A stretch of DNA of 27,676 nucleotides from Phycisphaerae bacterium (GTDB taxonomy: Bacteria > Planctomycetota > Phycisphaerae > Phycisphaerales > UBA1924), in the NCBI GenBank assembly GCA_016793805.1, contig JAEUIZ010000007.1:1-27676 (forward strand), in the 5' to 3' direction. Below are positions 8,591 to 17,392 of this stretch, piece by piece; the stretch's first letter is position 1, and the number at the start of each line of letters is the position of its first letter. The notes beneath the pieces were generated by a model. That model made no database searches. It saw only the letters and a list, made by a program, of their open reading frames with translations, and was not told where the DNA came from. The position numbers were made by a program, and so were the translations under genes.

Positions 8591-9514
8591 TTAGTCGGAG
8601 AGCGCCGACGTGGCCGGGGGCTCGACGCTCCGGAGCGTCAGCGTCGTCTCGATGCGGAAGTTCGACTGCGTCGTGTGTCGCTCGGCGAAGAAGAACTTCA
8701 GGCTGTAGGTCTCCCCGTCGCGGAGCCACGAGAGGCGGTCGAGCTCGATGGTCTGGGAGGTCTTCCCGTGGACACCACCCAGGTCGATCACGAGCTTCCC
8801 GTCGATGTAGACCCACACGTCGTCGTCGCCGGTGAAGGTGAACACGTGGCCCTTGTTCGCCTCGTAGATGAAGGTCGTGTCGATCATGTAGGTGAAGTGG
8901 AAGTTCTTGCCCGTGTTCGAGTAGTTCCCGAACAACTGCCCGTTGATCGGGAAGAACCCGCCGCCGGAACTGAACTGCGGGTCGACCGTGTCGTCAAAGA
9001 CATACCGGTTCGTGCCCGGTTGGCGGTTGAGCGTGATGGGCAACTGCATCGAGGCGTTCATCCCGGGCACGTCGCGGTACCACTTGGCGAAGTTCTCCGC
9101 CGTCGTGAGAGAGCCGCCCGCGGAACTGGAGGCCGACCCCGCGGCGTCGTTGCGCTTGACCGCGATGTACGGCTTGGGCCGGATGATGTTCTGGCCCGCG
9201 GCGTTCCGCCACTGGCTGCTCACCTTGTACCCGGTCGAGGCGAACTGCGGGAGGCCCTCCGAGTCCAGGCTATCCCCAGCCTGACCCATGTAGTGCCCGA
9301 ACCCCGATGTGGGCTTCCGTTGGAAGTCAGGATGCCCACCCTGCTCGGCGGCGGCCTTGAAGTCGCGGACCGTCCCCGCCAGCGTGATCGTGGCCGGGAG
9401 ATTCGCGTATTGATCGACCGACGCGCTGGCCGGCGTCGCCAGCGTCGCCAGCCCCGCGGCCCCCGCGATCGCGAGAATCCCCGCCGCCGGACTCAGAATC
9501 GTGCGTGCGTTCAT
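8591..9514 (-). CDS. Secreted fibro-slime domain protein (PA14-related, TIGR02148-like)
   Basis: ATG at 9514..9512 with GGAGG 7 nt upstream. Signal peptide MNARTILSPAAGILAIAGAAGLATLATPASA. The C-terminal TFTGDDDVWVYIDGKLVIDLGGVHG...LKFFFAERH matches the fibro-slime / PA14-like consensus (GDDD.WVFING.L.IDLGG.H ... FFF.ER). The N-terminal extension in the track ORF (start 9670) is upstream of the signal peptide. Confidence 0.8.
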   Translation of the reverse strand: MNARTILSPAAGILAIAGAAGLATLATPASASVDQYANLPATITLAGTVRDFKAAAEQGGHPDFQRKPTSGFGHYMGQAGDSLDSEGLPQFASTGYKVSSQWRNAAGQNIIRPKPYIAVKRNDAAGSASSSAGGSLTTAENFAKWYRDVPGMNASMQLPITLNRQPGTNRYVFDDTVDPQFSSGGGFFPINGQLFGNYSNTGKNFHFTYMIDTTFIYEANKGHVFTFTGDDDVWVYIDGKLVIDLGGVHGKTSQTIELDRLSWLRDGETYSLKFFFAERHTTQSNFRIETTLTLRSVEPPATSALSD

Positions 9515-9726
9515 GGCAATCCCTCCAAAAGTGCCTGGGGCGGGGCTCCGCCTCGGCGAGTGCTCGTCTAACCATGCCATACACCCGCCCGCGAACGCCA
9601 CCCCACACGCCGCATCCCGCCCCCGATCGGTCCACCTGAGCCGCACCGGAAGACCCTGACGTTTATCCAAGCGCCCCGCGCGCCCTCGCCGATGTATGAT
9701 CGGACCCTTCGCTGGGCAGGGAGGCT

Positions 9727-11091
9727 ATGGGAATGGATGCCTTTGTGATCGAGGGCGGGCGTCGGCTCGAGGGCCGGCTCCGCGTGAATGGGGCCAAGAA
9801 CGCCGCGCTCCCCCTCATGGCGGCCGCGCTCCTCACCGACCAACCCCTCACCCTCCGCGACATCCCGCCCCTGGCGGATATCCGGAACATGGTCGCGCTC
9901 CTGGGCGAACTCGGATGCTCCCACGAAGCGCCCGAGGACGGCGTCCTCCGCCTGCAAGCCCGCGACGAGTCCAGGTCCCACGCCCGGTACGACATCGTGC
10001 GCACGATGCGCGCCGGGATCTGCGTTCTCGGACCTCTGCTTGCCCGCCGCGGCGAGGCCCGGGTCTCGCTCCCGGGAGGCTGCGCCATCGGCGACCGCCC
10101 CATCGACCTGCACCTCCGGGGGCTCGTGGCGCTCGGCGCCACGGTCTTTCTCAAGGGTGGGGACATCATCGCCAAGGCGCCGAGGCGGAGGCTCAAGGGC
10201 GGCCGGGTCTTCCTCGGGGGCGCGTTCGGGTCCACGGTCCTGGGCACGGCCAACGTCATGTCCGCCGCGGCCCTTGCCGACGGACAGACCATCATCGAGT
10301 CCGCCGCGTGCGAGCCCGAGATCGTCGACCTGGCCACGATGCTCAACGCGATGGGCGCGAACATCCGAGGGGCGGGCTCGCCCCGGATCATCGTCGAGGG
10401 GGTGCGCGACCTCCGCGGGATCGACCACACCGTCATCCCCGATCGCATCGAGGCCGGGACGCTCATGTGCGCCGCGGCGATCACCAATGGCAGCCTGCTG
10501 CTGGAGAACTGCCCGCTGGACGCGCTGATGGCGGTGAGCGACCGCCTCGAGGCCGCGGGTGTTCAGATGAAAGCGCTGGACCGCCACGGGAACCCCAGCA
10601 GCGACCCGATCCCCGCGGATGTCGATCCGATGCGGGTCACCGTGCGTGTCGCGTCCGAGCGCGTGCTCCGGCCTGTGGAGATCACGACCCAGCCCCACCC
10701 GGGCTTTCCCACCGACTTGCAGGCCCAACTCATGGCCCTGCTCACCCTCGCCGAGGGCAACTCGGTCATCACCGAGAAGATTTTCCCCGAGCGGTTCCTG
10801 CACGTGGCCGAACTCTCGCGGATGGGTGCTCGGCTCTTCCGCCAGGGGCCGACGGTCATCATCTCGGGCGTGCGCCGCCTCGTCGGCGCGCCGGTCATGG
10901 CGAGCGACCTGCGGGCCTCGGCCTCGCTCGTACTCGCGGGCCTGGCCGCCGAGGGAACCACCATCGTCAACCGCGTCTACCACCTCGACCGCGGGTACCA
11001 CAAGATGGAGGACCGCCTGGCGAGCGTGGGCGCGTCGGTGAAGCGCGTGGACGACAAGGAACTGGCGCCGCAACTGGTGGCCGCGGAATGA
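9727..11091 (+). CDS. murA: UDP-N-acetylglucosamine 1-carboxyvinyltransferase
   Basis: GGGAGG RBS then ATG at 9727. 454 aa with MurA hallmarks (VNGAKNAALPLMAAALL, catalytic Cys in LPGGCAIGDRPIDLH, two-domain EPT fold). Confidence 0.92.
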   Translation: MGMDAFVIEGGRRLEGRLRVNGAKNAALPLMAAALLTDQPLTLRDIPPLADIRNMVALLGELGCSHEAPEDGVLRLQARDESRSHARYDIVRTMRAGICVLGPLLARRGEARVSLPGGCAIGDRPIDLHLRGLVALGATVFLKGGDIIAKAPRRRLKGGRVFLGGAFGSTVLGTANVMSAAALADGQTIIESAACEPEIVDLATMLNAMGANIRGAGSPRIIVEGVRDLRGIDHTVIPDRIEAGTLMCAAAITNGSLLLENCPLDALMAVSDRLEAAGVQMKALDRHGNPSSDPIPADVDPMRVTVRVASERVLRPVEITTQPHPGFPTDLQAQLMALLTLAEGNSVITEKIFPERFLHVAELSRMGARLFRQGPTVIISGVRRLVGAPVMASDLRASASLVLAGLAAEGTTIVNRVYHLDRGYHKMEDRLASVGASVKRVDDKELAPQLVAAE

Positions 11092-11152
11092 GCGCCGGCA
11101 TGGGCGCGCCCGGTCTCCGCGCTCATCCGGGCGTGGGCCGCCACGAGTTGAC

Positions 11153-11935
11153 CTACTTCGCGAAGGCTTCCTTGAAGAGGTCCTGCATCAGCCGCCACGA
11201 GCGCTGGTCCGCCTTCTCGTCGTAGTCCACGCCCTTCATCTTGAGCCTCCCGGCCTCGGGGTTCGTGAAGGCGTGCACCGCGCCGGCGTAGTCGATGAAC
11301 TGGTAGTCCACCTTGGCCGCCTCAAACGCCGCGAGCATCGCCGCACGATCGTCCGCCGAGATGAACGTGTCCGCCGCCCCGTTGCAGATCAGCACCCTGG
11401 ACTTGATCGCCCTCGCATCGGCCTCGGTCGGCTTGAAGAGCCCGCCGTGGAACGCGACCACGGCCTTGACGTCCGCCCCCGCGCACGCGAGTTGCAGGCA
11501 CGTCGTCCCCCCGAAGCAGTAGCCGATCGCCCCCAGCCGCGCCGCGTCCACCATCGGCTGCTCGGCCATCGCCTTGACCCCGGCCAGCGCACGCCCGCGC
11601 AGCACCTGCCAGTCCTTCGCCACACCCCCGGCAAGCCGACCGGCCTCGGCGGGATCGGTCGTGGTCTGCCCGTTGCCATACATGTCGCACGCGAACCCGA
11701 CGTAGCCGAGTTCAGCCAGTTGCCGGGCGCGTGACTTGGCGTAGTCGTTCAGGCCCCACCATTCATGCACGACCATGACGCCGGGGCGCTTGCCCTCGAC
11801 CGCGTCGTCCCAGGCGAGGTAGCCCTTGAACGTGACCCCGCCGTGGGTGTACTCGACCTCTTTGGTCTGGACCTTGGCGCTGGCGAGCGCGGGGGCGATG
11901 AACGCGAGAAACGCCGCAACGATCGCGTGACGCAT
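11153..11935 (-). CDS. Secreted dienelactone hydrolase family protein (alpha/beta hydrolase)
   Basis: ATG at 11935 with AGGAGA upstream and a signal peptide MRHAIVAAFLAFIAPALASA. DLH-family motifs: nucleophile elbow in GAIGYCFGG, plus the typical VHEWWGLNDYAK and HAF motifs. Confidence 0.85.
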   Translation of the reverse strand: MRHAIVAAFLAFIAPALASAKVQTKEVEYTHGGVTFKGYLAWDDAVEGKRPGVMVVHEWWGLNDYAKSRARQLAELGYVGFACDMYGNGQTTTDPAEAGRLAGGVAKDWQVLRGRALAGVKAMAEQPMVDAARLGAIGYCFGGTTCLQLACAGADVKAVVAFHGGLFKPTEADARAIKSRVLICNGAADTFISADDRAAMLAAFEAAKVDYQFIDYAGAVHAFTNPEAGRLKMKGVDYDEKADQRSWRLMQDLFKEAFAK

Positions 11936-12000
11936 GGATTTGTCTCCTAGAGAGTTGATTCTACCTGCCCCCTCGGGGCCGATCGCCGCGGGCAACACAA

Positions 12001-12022
12001 CGGGCCCCGTTACCGGGGCCCG
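12001..12022 (-). terminator. Rho-independent-terminator-like hairpin downstream of the TPR/alpha-CTD gene
   Basis: cgggccccg-ttac-cggggcccg: a perfect 9-bp GC stem with a 4-nt loop, 30 nt downstream (minus-strand sense) of the stop at 12052. Confidence 0.5.
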
Positions 12023-12051
12023 CGCGATCGCTCAAACCCGAATCAGCCGAC

Positions 12052-12984
12052 CTACGCGTCGAGCACGCGGAGCGAGAGCCCGTGCTCGACGAGGCGCTCC
12101 TTGACCTCTTGCAGCGAGGTAGCGCCGAAGTTCTTGACGCCCATGAGTTCCGCCTCGGTGTGGCTGGCCAGGTCGCCCAGCGTCTGGATGTTCAGGAGTT
12201 GCAGCGCCTTGCGGGCCCGCACCGAGAGGTTCAGGTCGCTCACGGGCTTCCCGAGCGCGGCGTCCTTCCCGCTCCCGCGGAGCGAGTCGGTGAGTTGCCG
12301 GCGGGCGGCGCGGTGCGCGTCGTCCAGGCCCTGCCCAAGCCGCAGGCCCTTGGCCGCCAGCATCTGCTTGATCTCGACCAGGCTCTGGTCCCCGAAGTTC
12401 TTGTACGACGCGAGTTCGGCCTCGGTGATCCGCAAGAGGTCGCCCAGCGTGCGGATGTTCATCTTCTTCAGGCACGTCCGCGCCCGCACCGACAACTCAA
12501 AGTCCGTGACCGGGGTGTCGTAGAGCGCCCGCCGCTTGGCCACGTCGCGCTCCGGCTCCTCCTCGACCGCCATGTCGCGGCTGGCCTGCACGTCCTTCAT
12601 GAACAGCCGGGCCCGGACGTGGTTCGGATTCGTTTCGAGCACCTGCCGAAGGCACCGCTCCGCGCGGGCCAGGTCCCCGCGGTCCTCGGCCAGCACGGCG
12701 AGGTTCATGAGCGCGTTGATCGGTGCCGGCGCCCGCTCGCACGCCCGCTCGTACAGGGCCACGGCCTCGTCCTCCTCGCCCATGAGGTCGAGCCGATACG
12801 CGAGCGCGAAGAGGATCGCGGCGTTCGTCGGATCGGCAGCCAGTGCCTTTCGATAGGCCATCACCGCGCCGATCCGGTCGCCTGCCTTGTCGGCCTTCTC
12901 CGCCGCGTCCAGGTGCGCGGCCGCCGCCTTGGCGTCGCGCTGCGCCTCGCCCGCACCGATCACCGTGTCCATCGGGTCCGCCAT
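12052..12984 (-). CDS. TPR-repeat protein with two tandem RNA polymerase alpha-subunit C-terminal-domain (alpha-CTD, HhH) like domains
   Basis: ATG at 12984 with AGGAG 5 nt upstream. The N-terminal about 130 aa holds TPR repeats (AYRKALAADPTNAAILFALAYRLDLMGEEDEAVALYERA...). Two copies of an about 60-aa module (LSVRARTCLKKMNIRTLGDLLRITEAELASYKNFGDQSLVEIKQMLAAKGLRLG and LSVRARKALQLLNIQTLGDLASHTEAELMGVKNFGATSLQEVKERLVEHGLSL) align with RpoA alpha-CTD ([54 protein letters not shown]). This includes the R265-equivalent Arg and the G/S of the 296-299 loop. Confidence 0.8.
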   Translation of the reverse strand: MADPMDTVIGAGEAQRDAKAAAAHLDAAEKADKAGDRIGAVMAYRKALAADPTNAAILFALAYRLDLMGEEDEAVALYERACERAPAPINALMNLAVLAEDRGDLARAERCLRQVLETNPNHVRARLFMKDVQASRDMAVEEEPERDVAKRRALYDTPVTDFELSVRARTCLKKMNIRTLGDLLRITEAELASYKNFGDQSLVEIKQMLAAKGLRLGQGLDDAHRAARRQLTDSLRGSGKDAALGKPVSDLNLSVRARKALQLLNIQTLGDLASHTEAELMGVKNFGATSLQEVKERLVEHGLSLRVLDA

Positions 12985-13052
12985 GGTCACTCCTTGCCCG
13001 CCCTCGGGCCGCTGAGCATTGATTCTAGCGCGGCCCATGCCCCACCGCCGAC

Positions 13053-14801
13053 CTACGGCTTCCCGGCCTTCTCCTCCTTCTCCATCATCGTGTCCAGCAT
13101 CGTCCCGATCAGCGCCGTCCCGGCCCCGCCCCCGCCCGAGCCAGTCACCATCACGCGCGGCGCGATCTGGATGTTCCGCTCCCCCACGATCTTGAGCACC
13201 TCGATCAGCGCGGCGTTCGACTTCCCGATCTGGTCCGCGATCAGCCGGTACGCGTCCGCCTGCGCCTTGGCCTTGATCGTCGTGCTCTGGGCCTCGGCCT
13301 CGGCCTCGGTGATCTTCTGCTTCCGCGTCTCTTCCGCGATCTTCGCCGCGTACGTCGCGGTCGCCAGCCGCTTCTCTTCCTCGGCCTCCTGCGTCGCCCG
13401 CGTCAGTTGCCGCTTCTGCTCCGCGGCCCGCTGCTGCTCCTGGAACGTCGTGAGTTCCTGCTTGGCGATCTCGCGATCGGTCTGCGTCTTGAGGAGCGCG
13501 CCGAGCGTCGCCTCGTCCCCCACGTTCCCGATCCGGACCGCCGTCACCGTCACCCCGAACCTCGACAGTTCCTCCGCGAGCATCTTGAGCGACTGGCTCT
13601 CCTGGTGCGAACGCTGCTGCACATAGTCCAGCGCCCGGACGCTCTCGGCGTTGTTGCGGAAGATCGCCCGCACCGCCGAGTTGAACACGTTGCGGAACCG
13701 CTCGCCCTCATCGTCCCCGAGTTTCGCCACGACGATGGGCGCGTGCTCCGGCTTGATCCGATAGGCCACGCGCACGTCGACCGGGAAACTGAACCCGTCG
13801 TTGGTGCGCACGGTGATCTCGCGCTCTTCGAGGGCCGACTCGTGGGCCGTGGGCGCCGCCGACGACGCCGGAGGGACCCCCGACGCCGCCTTGTCCGATG
13901 GCGTGAGCAGACGCCCCTGCTGCTGCCGACGGCGCTCACGCTCGGCAATCTGCTGCTGGAGGGTCGAGTCGCCGGGGCCTGCCGGGTTGGCCGAACCCCC
14001 CTTGGTGAACTGTGCCGTCATCTCCGTCGTCCAGAGTTCCGTCACCGAGAACGCGTCCGTGTTCACCGGGTATCGCCCAGGGCCCAGCACGTCCTGCCGA
14101 ATGCCCATCTCCCCCTCTGCCGCCAGCACCACCGGCTCGTCGGGCGGGCCCGAGTCGTCGCCCGGCGCCGCGCTGTGCACGACGATGCTCGCCGGCTTTC
14201 CGTAGTTCGCCTTCAGCACCGCCACCTCGCCCGCCAGCACCTCCGTCATCGCCGCCTGCCGAACCCGGAACAACTCCGTATTCAGCCGATACTTCCCCGG
14301 CATCAGCACCGTCGCCTGTGTCCCACGATACCCGCCACCGGTCGTCAGGAAGTACCGCGCGTCCAGCATCTTCTGGGCCGAGTCCAACGGCCAATCCGGC
14401 GCCACCGTCTGCCCGGGCGGGAGCGGCTTGCCGTCCTTGGCCTCCACGATCCCGATGCTCCCCGACGGCACCTCCGTCAGAGGCAACTCCCGCACCTCGT
14501 AGATCCCGGGCCAATACCAGAAGTGCCAGCCCGGCGTCAGCACGTCCGCCTGCACTCCCTGCTCGCCCCCGATCGCGATGTACGCCCCGCCTTGGAGCCG
14601 CTTGGTCCCGATGTTCTTGATGACGATCCCCACCTCGTCCGAGGCAATGTGCCGGATGGACGACAGGCACACCGACGCGGCCACGATGACCAGCGCCAGC
14701 CCGGCCGCGGGACCACGCACCTTGGGCTCGTCCGACTTCAAACCCAGAGCAAGCACGCCGATCGCCAGGAGAACGCCGATAACCAGGATCAGGGCAGACA
14801 T
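13053..14801 (-). CDS. SPFH/band-7 (flotillin-like) membrane protein with a C-terminal coiled coil
   Basis: ATG at 14801. There is an N-terminal TM helix, then SPFH-like regions, then a long EA/KQ-rich coiled coil (AEQKRQLTRATQEAEEEKRLATATYAAKIAEETRKQKITEAEAEAQ) typical of flotillin-like proteins, and a Gly-rich end. Confidence 0.82.
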   Translation of the reverse strand: MSALILVIGVLLAIGVLALGLKSDEPKVRGPAAGLALVIVAASVCLSSIRHIASDEVGIVIKNIGTKRLQGGAYIAIGGEQGVQADVLTPGWHFWYWPGIYEVRELPLTEVPSGSIGIVEAKDGKPLPPGQTVAPDWPLDSAQKMLDARYFLTTGGGYRGTQATVLMPGKYRLNTELFRVRQAAMTEVLAGEVAVLKANYGKPASIVVHSAAPGDDSGPPDEPVVLAAEGEMGIRQDVLGPGRYPVNTDAFSVTELWTTEMTAQFTKGGSANPAGPGDSTLQQQIAERERRRQQQGRLLTPSDKAASGVPPASSAAPTAHESALEEREITVRTNDGFSFPVDVRVAYRIKPEHAPIVVAKLGDDEGERFRNVFNSAVRAIFRNNAESVRALDYVQQRSHQESQSLKMLAEELSRFGVTVTAVRIGNVGDEATLGALLKTQTDREIAKQELTTFQEQQRAAEQKRQLTRATQEAEEEKRLATATYAAKIAEETRKQKITEAEAEAQSTTIKAKAQADAYRLIADQIGKSNAALIEVLKIVGERNIQIAPRVMVTGSGGGGAGTALIGTMLDTMMEKEEKAGKP

Positions 14802-14960
14802 GCGCAATCCCCCTCTGTTGCGGGTGGGTAAGGCTTCGCCGACGACCATCTATGGTAAGAGAAGACCCGGGGTTTCTCCCGCATCTCCCTATCCCCCTCC
14901 TTATGGCGGCGACCCGCGAGATACCGGGATCCTCAGCGATCACCCGTTATTCGTATTCTG

Positions 14961-14976
14961 ATAGGATGGGTCCTAT
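14961..14976. promoter_or_regulatory. Perfect palindrome ATAGGA-tggg-TCCTAT in the divergent promoter region between the SPFH gene and feoA
   Basis: Read directly. It sits in the only AT-richer stretch of the window, about 110 nt upstream of feoA. Confidence 0.4.
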
Positions 14977-14989
14977 TTTGAAACTGGGT

Positions 14990-15010
14990 GGTTGAGAATC
15001 AGTCTCAACC
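14990..15010. promoter_or_regulatory. Perfect 7-bp-arm palindrome GGTTGAG-aatcagt-CTCAACC upstream of feoAB, a candidate metalloregulator (Fur/DtxR-like) operator
   Basis: Read directly. A 21-bp dyad about 75 nt upstream of the feoA ATG. Fe-uptake operons are commonly repressed through dyad operators. Confidence 0.4.
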
Positions 15011-15085
15011 GGCTAGCATCAATCGGACAGGCGGGTTGTGCGGACATCCCGCGGATATGAAGTGGATGCTGGGATGGAATCGGGC

Positions 15086-15349
15086 ATGAAGCGGGTCTCG
15101 TTGTCGCAACTCAAGCGTGGGCAGAGCGGCGTGGTCTGTTCAACCTCGCTCGCCGCGGATGACGCCGCGATGCTCGGGGCGATGGGCCTGCGGTGCAACG
15201 CCAAGGTCCGGCTGTGCCGCGAGGGCGAGCCGTGCATCGTCGCGATCTGTTCCGGCGCTTCAGGGGGCGCGAGCGGCGTGGGTTCAGGCTGCCGCATCGG
15301 GCTCGCGCGGCCGCTGGCGGATCGCATCATGGTCGAGCCGACGGCCTGA
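15086..15349 (+). CDS. feoA: Ferrous iron transport protein A (FeoA domain)
   Basis: Small SH3-like FeoA pattern (MKRVSLSQLKRGQSGVV...LGAMGLRCNAKVRL..EGEPCIVAI.G..IGLAR.LADRIMVE) immediately upstream of feoB. The start could also be the ATG at 15074. Confidence 0.78.
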   Translation: MKRVSLSQLKRGQSGVVCSTSLAADDAAMLGAMGLRCNAKVRLCREGEPCIVAICSGASGGASGVGSGCRIGLARPLADRIMVEPTA

Positions 15350-15375
15350 CAGCCACCTTGGGGAGGGGGGCGCCG

Positions 15376-17373
15376 ATGCAGACCTCCGCCGATGCCACCG
15401 ACCCACAGACCGAGGCTCCGCCGCGGCGAGTCGCGCTCCTGGGCAATCCCAACACGGGCAAGACAACGCTCTTCAACCGCCTCTCGGGCCTCCGCCACAA
15501 GACCTCGAACTTCCCCGGCACCACGCTCGAGGCCCGCGTGGGGCACCTCCGCATGCCGTCCACCGCACCGACCACCAGCGGCAGGTCCCCGGCTCCGGAA
15601 TCGCCCTCATCCGTCGAACTGATCGACCTCCCCGGGATCTACTCGCTGGAACTCGACCAGACCGAGGCGCGGATTTGCCGCGACGTGCTCGGCGGGCGCG
15701 GCGCGCCGTTGGGCGAGGCCGTGGGCGAGCCCGAGGCGCTCCTGATCGTGGTCGATGCGACGAACCTGGCACGGAACCTGGTCCTTGTGGGCGAGGCCCT
15801 GCGCCGCCGACTTCCCACGGTCGTGGCGCTGAACATGATCGACCTGGCGCGTCGGCGTGGCATCCGCGTCGATCCTGAGGTCCTGTCGGCCCGCCTGGGC
15901 TGCGAGGCGGTCGCGATCAGCGCGCGCACGGGCGAGGGCTTGGACTCGCTCCGTCGCGCCCTCGCGTGCCCGCGGCTGGCGAACCACACCCCGCCCGGAG
16001 ACGTGGAGGGCGTGCTCGCCTGGGCCGACGACCTCGCGTCCGCCATCGCCGCTGGCAACAGGGAAGACGATCGCCTCACCGACCGGGCGGATCGCGTTCT
16101 GACACACCCTCTGCTGGGCACGGTCGCGTTCGCGCTCATCATGGCCGGGCTCTTCTGGCTCCTCTTCAGCGTCGCCCAGTATCCGATGGGCTGGATCGAC
16201 GCCGCGTTCGCCGCGCTCGCCGAGGGGATTGCCGCGGTGATGGCCGAGGGCGTGCTGCGAGAACTGCTGTCGCAGGGCGTGGTCGGGGGGATCGGGGCGA
16301 CCGTGGTGTTCCTGCCGCAGATCGCGCTGCTGTTCTTCTGCATCGCGCTGCTGGAGGACACGGGCTACCTTGCGCGGGCCGCGTTCGTGATGGACCGCGT
16401 GCTGCGGCCCTTCGGGCTCCCCGGACACTCGTTCGTCCCGCTCCTGTCGAGCCACGCGTGCGCGTTGCCGGGGATCATGGCCACGCGTGCGATCCCCGAC
16501 CGCCGCCAGCGGCTCGCCACGATCCTCGTCGCACCCTTCATGACCTGCTCGGCGCGGCTGCCTGTGTACGTCCTGCTGACGACCGTCCTGTTCCGCGACC
16601 GCCCGGCCCTGGCGGCCCTCGCCTTCGTGGGGTGCTATGTCCTGGGCATCCTCGCGGGCGTGCTCAGCGCGCTCGTCGCCCGCCGCACGATCCTCCGGGG
16701 CCGCGCGCGGCACATGGCGATGGAACTCCCCACGTACAAGGTCCCCAGCCTCCGCACCGCGGCGCTGACGACCTATGACCGCGCGTTGGTCTTCCTCAAG
16801 AAGGCCGGGACGAACATCCTGGCGATCTGCATCGTGCTGTGGTGGCTCAGCGCCTACCCGACGGTGCCCCCGCCCCCGCGTGCGACCGAACTCCGCGCCC
16901 AGGCGGCCTCGTCGCCCGCCGACGCCGCGCCGCTGCTCGCCGAGGCCGACCGCCTCGAGCGCGCGCACGCCGCCGCGCGGAGTTTCGCGGGCCGGCTGGG
17001 ACATGTCGTCCAGCCCGTGCTCGCGCCGATCGGGTGCGACTGGCAACTCTCGGTCGCCGTCGTCACGAGTTTCGCGGCCCGCGAGGTCTTCGTCTCGACG
17101 CTCTCGGTCGTCGTGACGGGGGAGACCGACGCCGAGGCCGAAGGCGTGCTCGACCGGCTGGCCGCCGCCCGCCGAGGCGACGGCACGCCGCTGTTCTCGG
17201 GGGCCGTGTGCTGGGCCCTGCTCGTCTACTACGTGCTCGCGATGCAATGCCTTCCGACGCTCGCGGTGACCGCGCGCGAGTCGGGCAGTTGGAAGTGGGC
17301 GGCCCTGCAACTGGCGTGGATGTCGGGCCTGGCGTACACGCTCGCGGCGATCGTGTTCGCGATCGCGTCCTGA
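15376..17373 (+). CDS. feoB: Ferrous iron transport protein B
   Basis: GGGAGG RBS 9 nt before the ATG at 15376. G-domain motifs G1 GNPNTGKTT, G2 PGTT, G3 DLPG, G4 NMID, followed by the polytopic membrane domain. The track ORF 15193..17373 is over-extended 5'. Confidence 0.92.
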   Translation: MQTSADATDPQTEAPPRRVALLGNPNTGKTTLFNRLSGLRHKTSNFPGTTLEARVGHLRMPSTAPTTSGRSPAPESPSSVELIDLPGIYSLELDQTEARICRDVLGGRGAPLGEAVGEPEALLIVVDATNLARNLVLVGEALRRRLPTVVALNMIDLARRRGIRVDPEVLSARLGCEAVAISARTGEGLDSLRRALACPRLANHTPPGDVEGVLAWADDLASAIAAGNREDDRLTDRADRVLTHPLLGTVAFALIMAGLFWLLFSVAQYPMGWIDAAFAALAEGIAAVMAEGVLRELLSQGVVGGIGATVVFLPQIALLFFCIALLEDTGYLARAAFVMDRVLRPFGLPGHSFVPLLSSHACALPGIMATRAIPDRRQRLATILVAPFMTCSARLPVYVLLTTVLFRDRPALAALAFVGCYVLGILAGVLSALVARRTILRGRARHMAMELPTYKVPSLRTAALTTYDRALVFLKKAGTNILAICIVLWWLSAYPTVPPPPRATELRAQAASSPADAAPLLAEADRLERAHAAARSFAGRLGHVVQPVLAPIGCDWQLSVAVVTSFAAREVFVSTLSVVVTGETDAEAEGVLDRLAAARRGDGTPLFSGAVCWALLVYYVLAMQCLPTLAVTARESGSWKWAALQLAWMSGLAYTLAAIVFAIAS

Positions 17374-17392
17374 GGCGCGGCCGGCCGGGCGT

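Noticed and set aside
11092-11152. Possible terminator between the convergent murA and dienelactone hydrolase genes
   Set aside because: Only a weak 5-bp stem (cccgg…ccggg) with a 13-nt loop, and a GGCGCGCC self-palindrome. This is not convincing enough to call.
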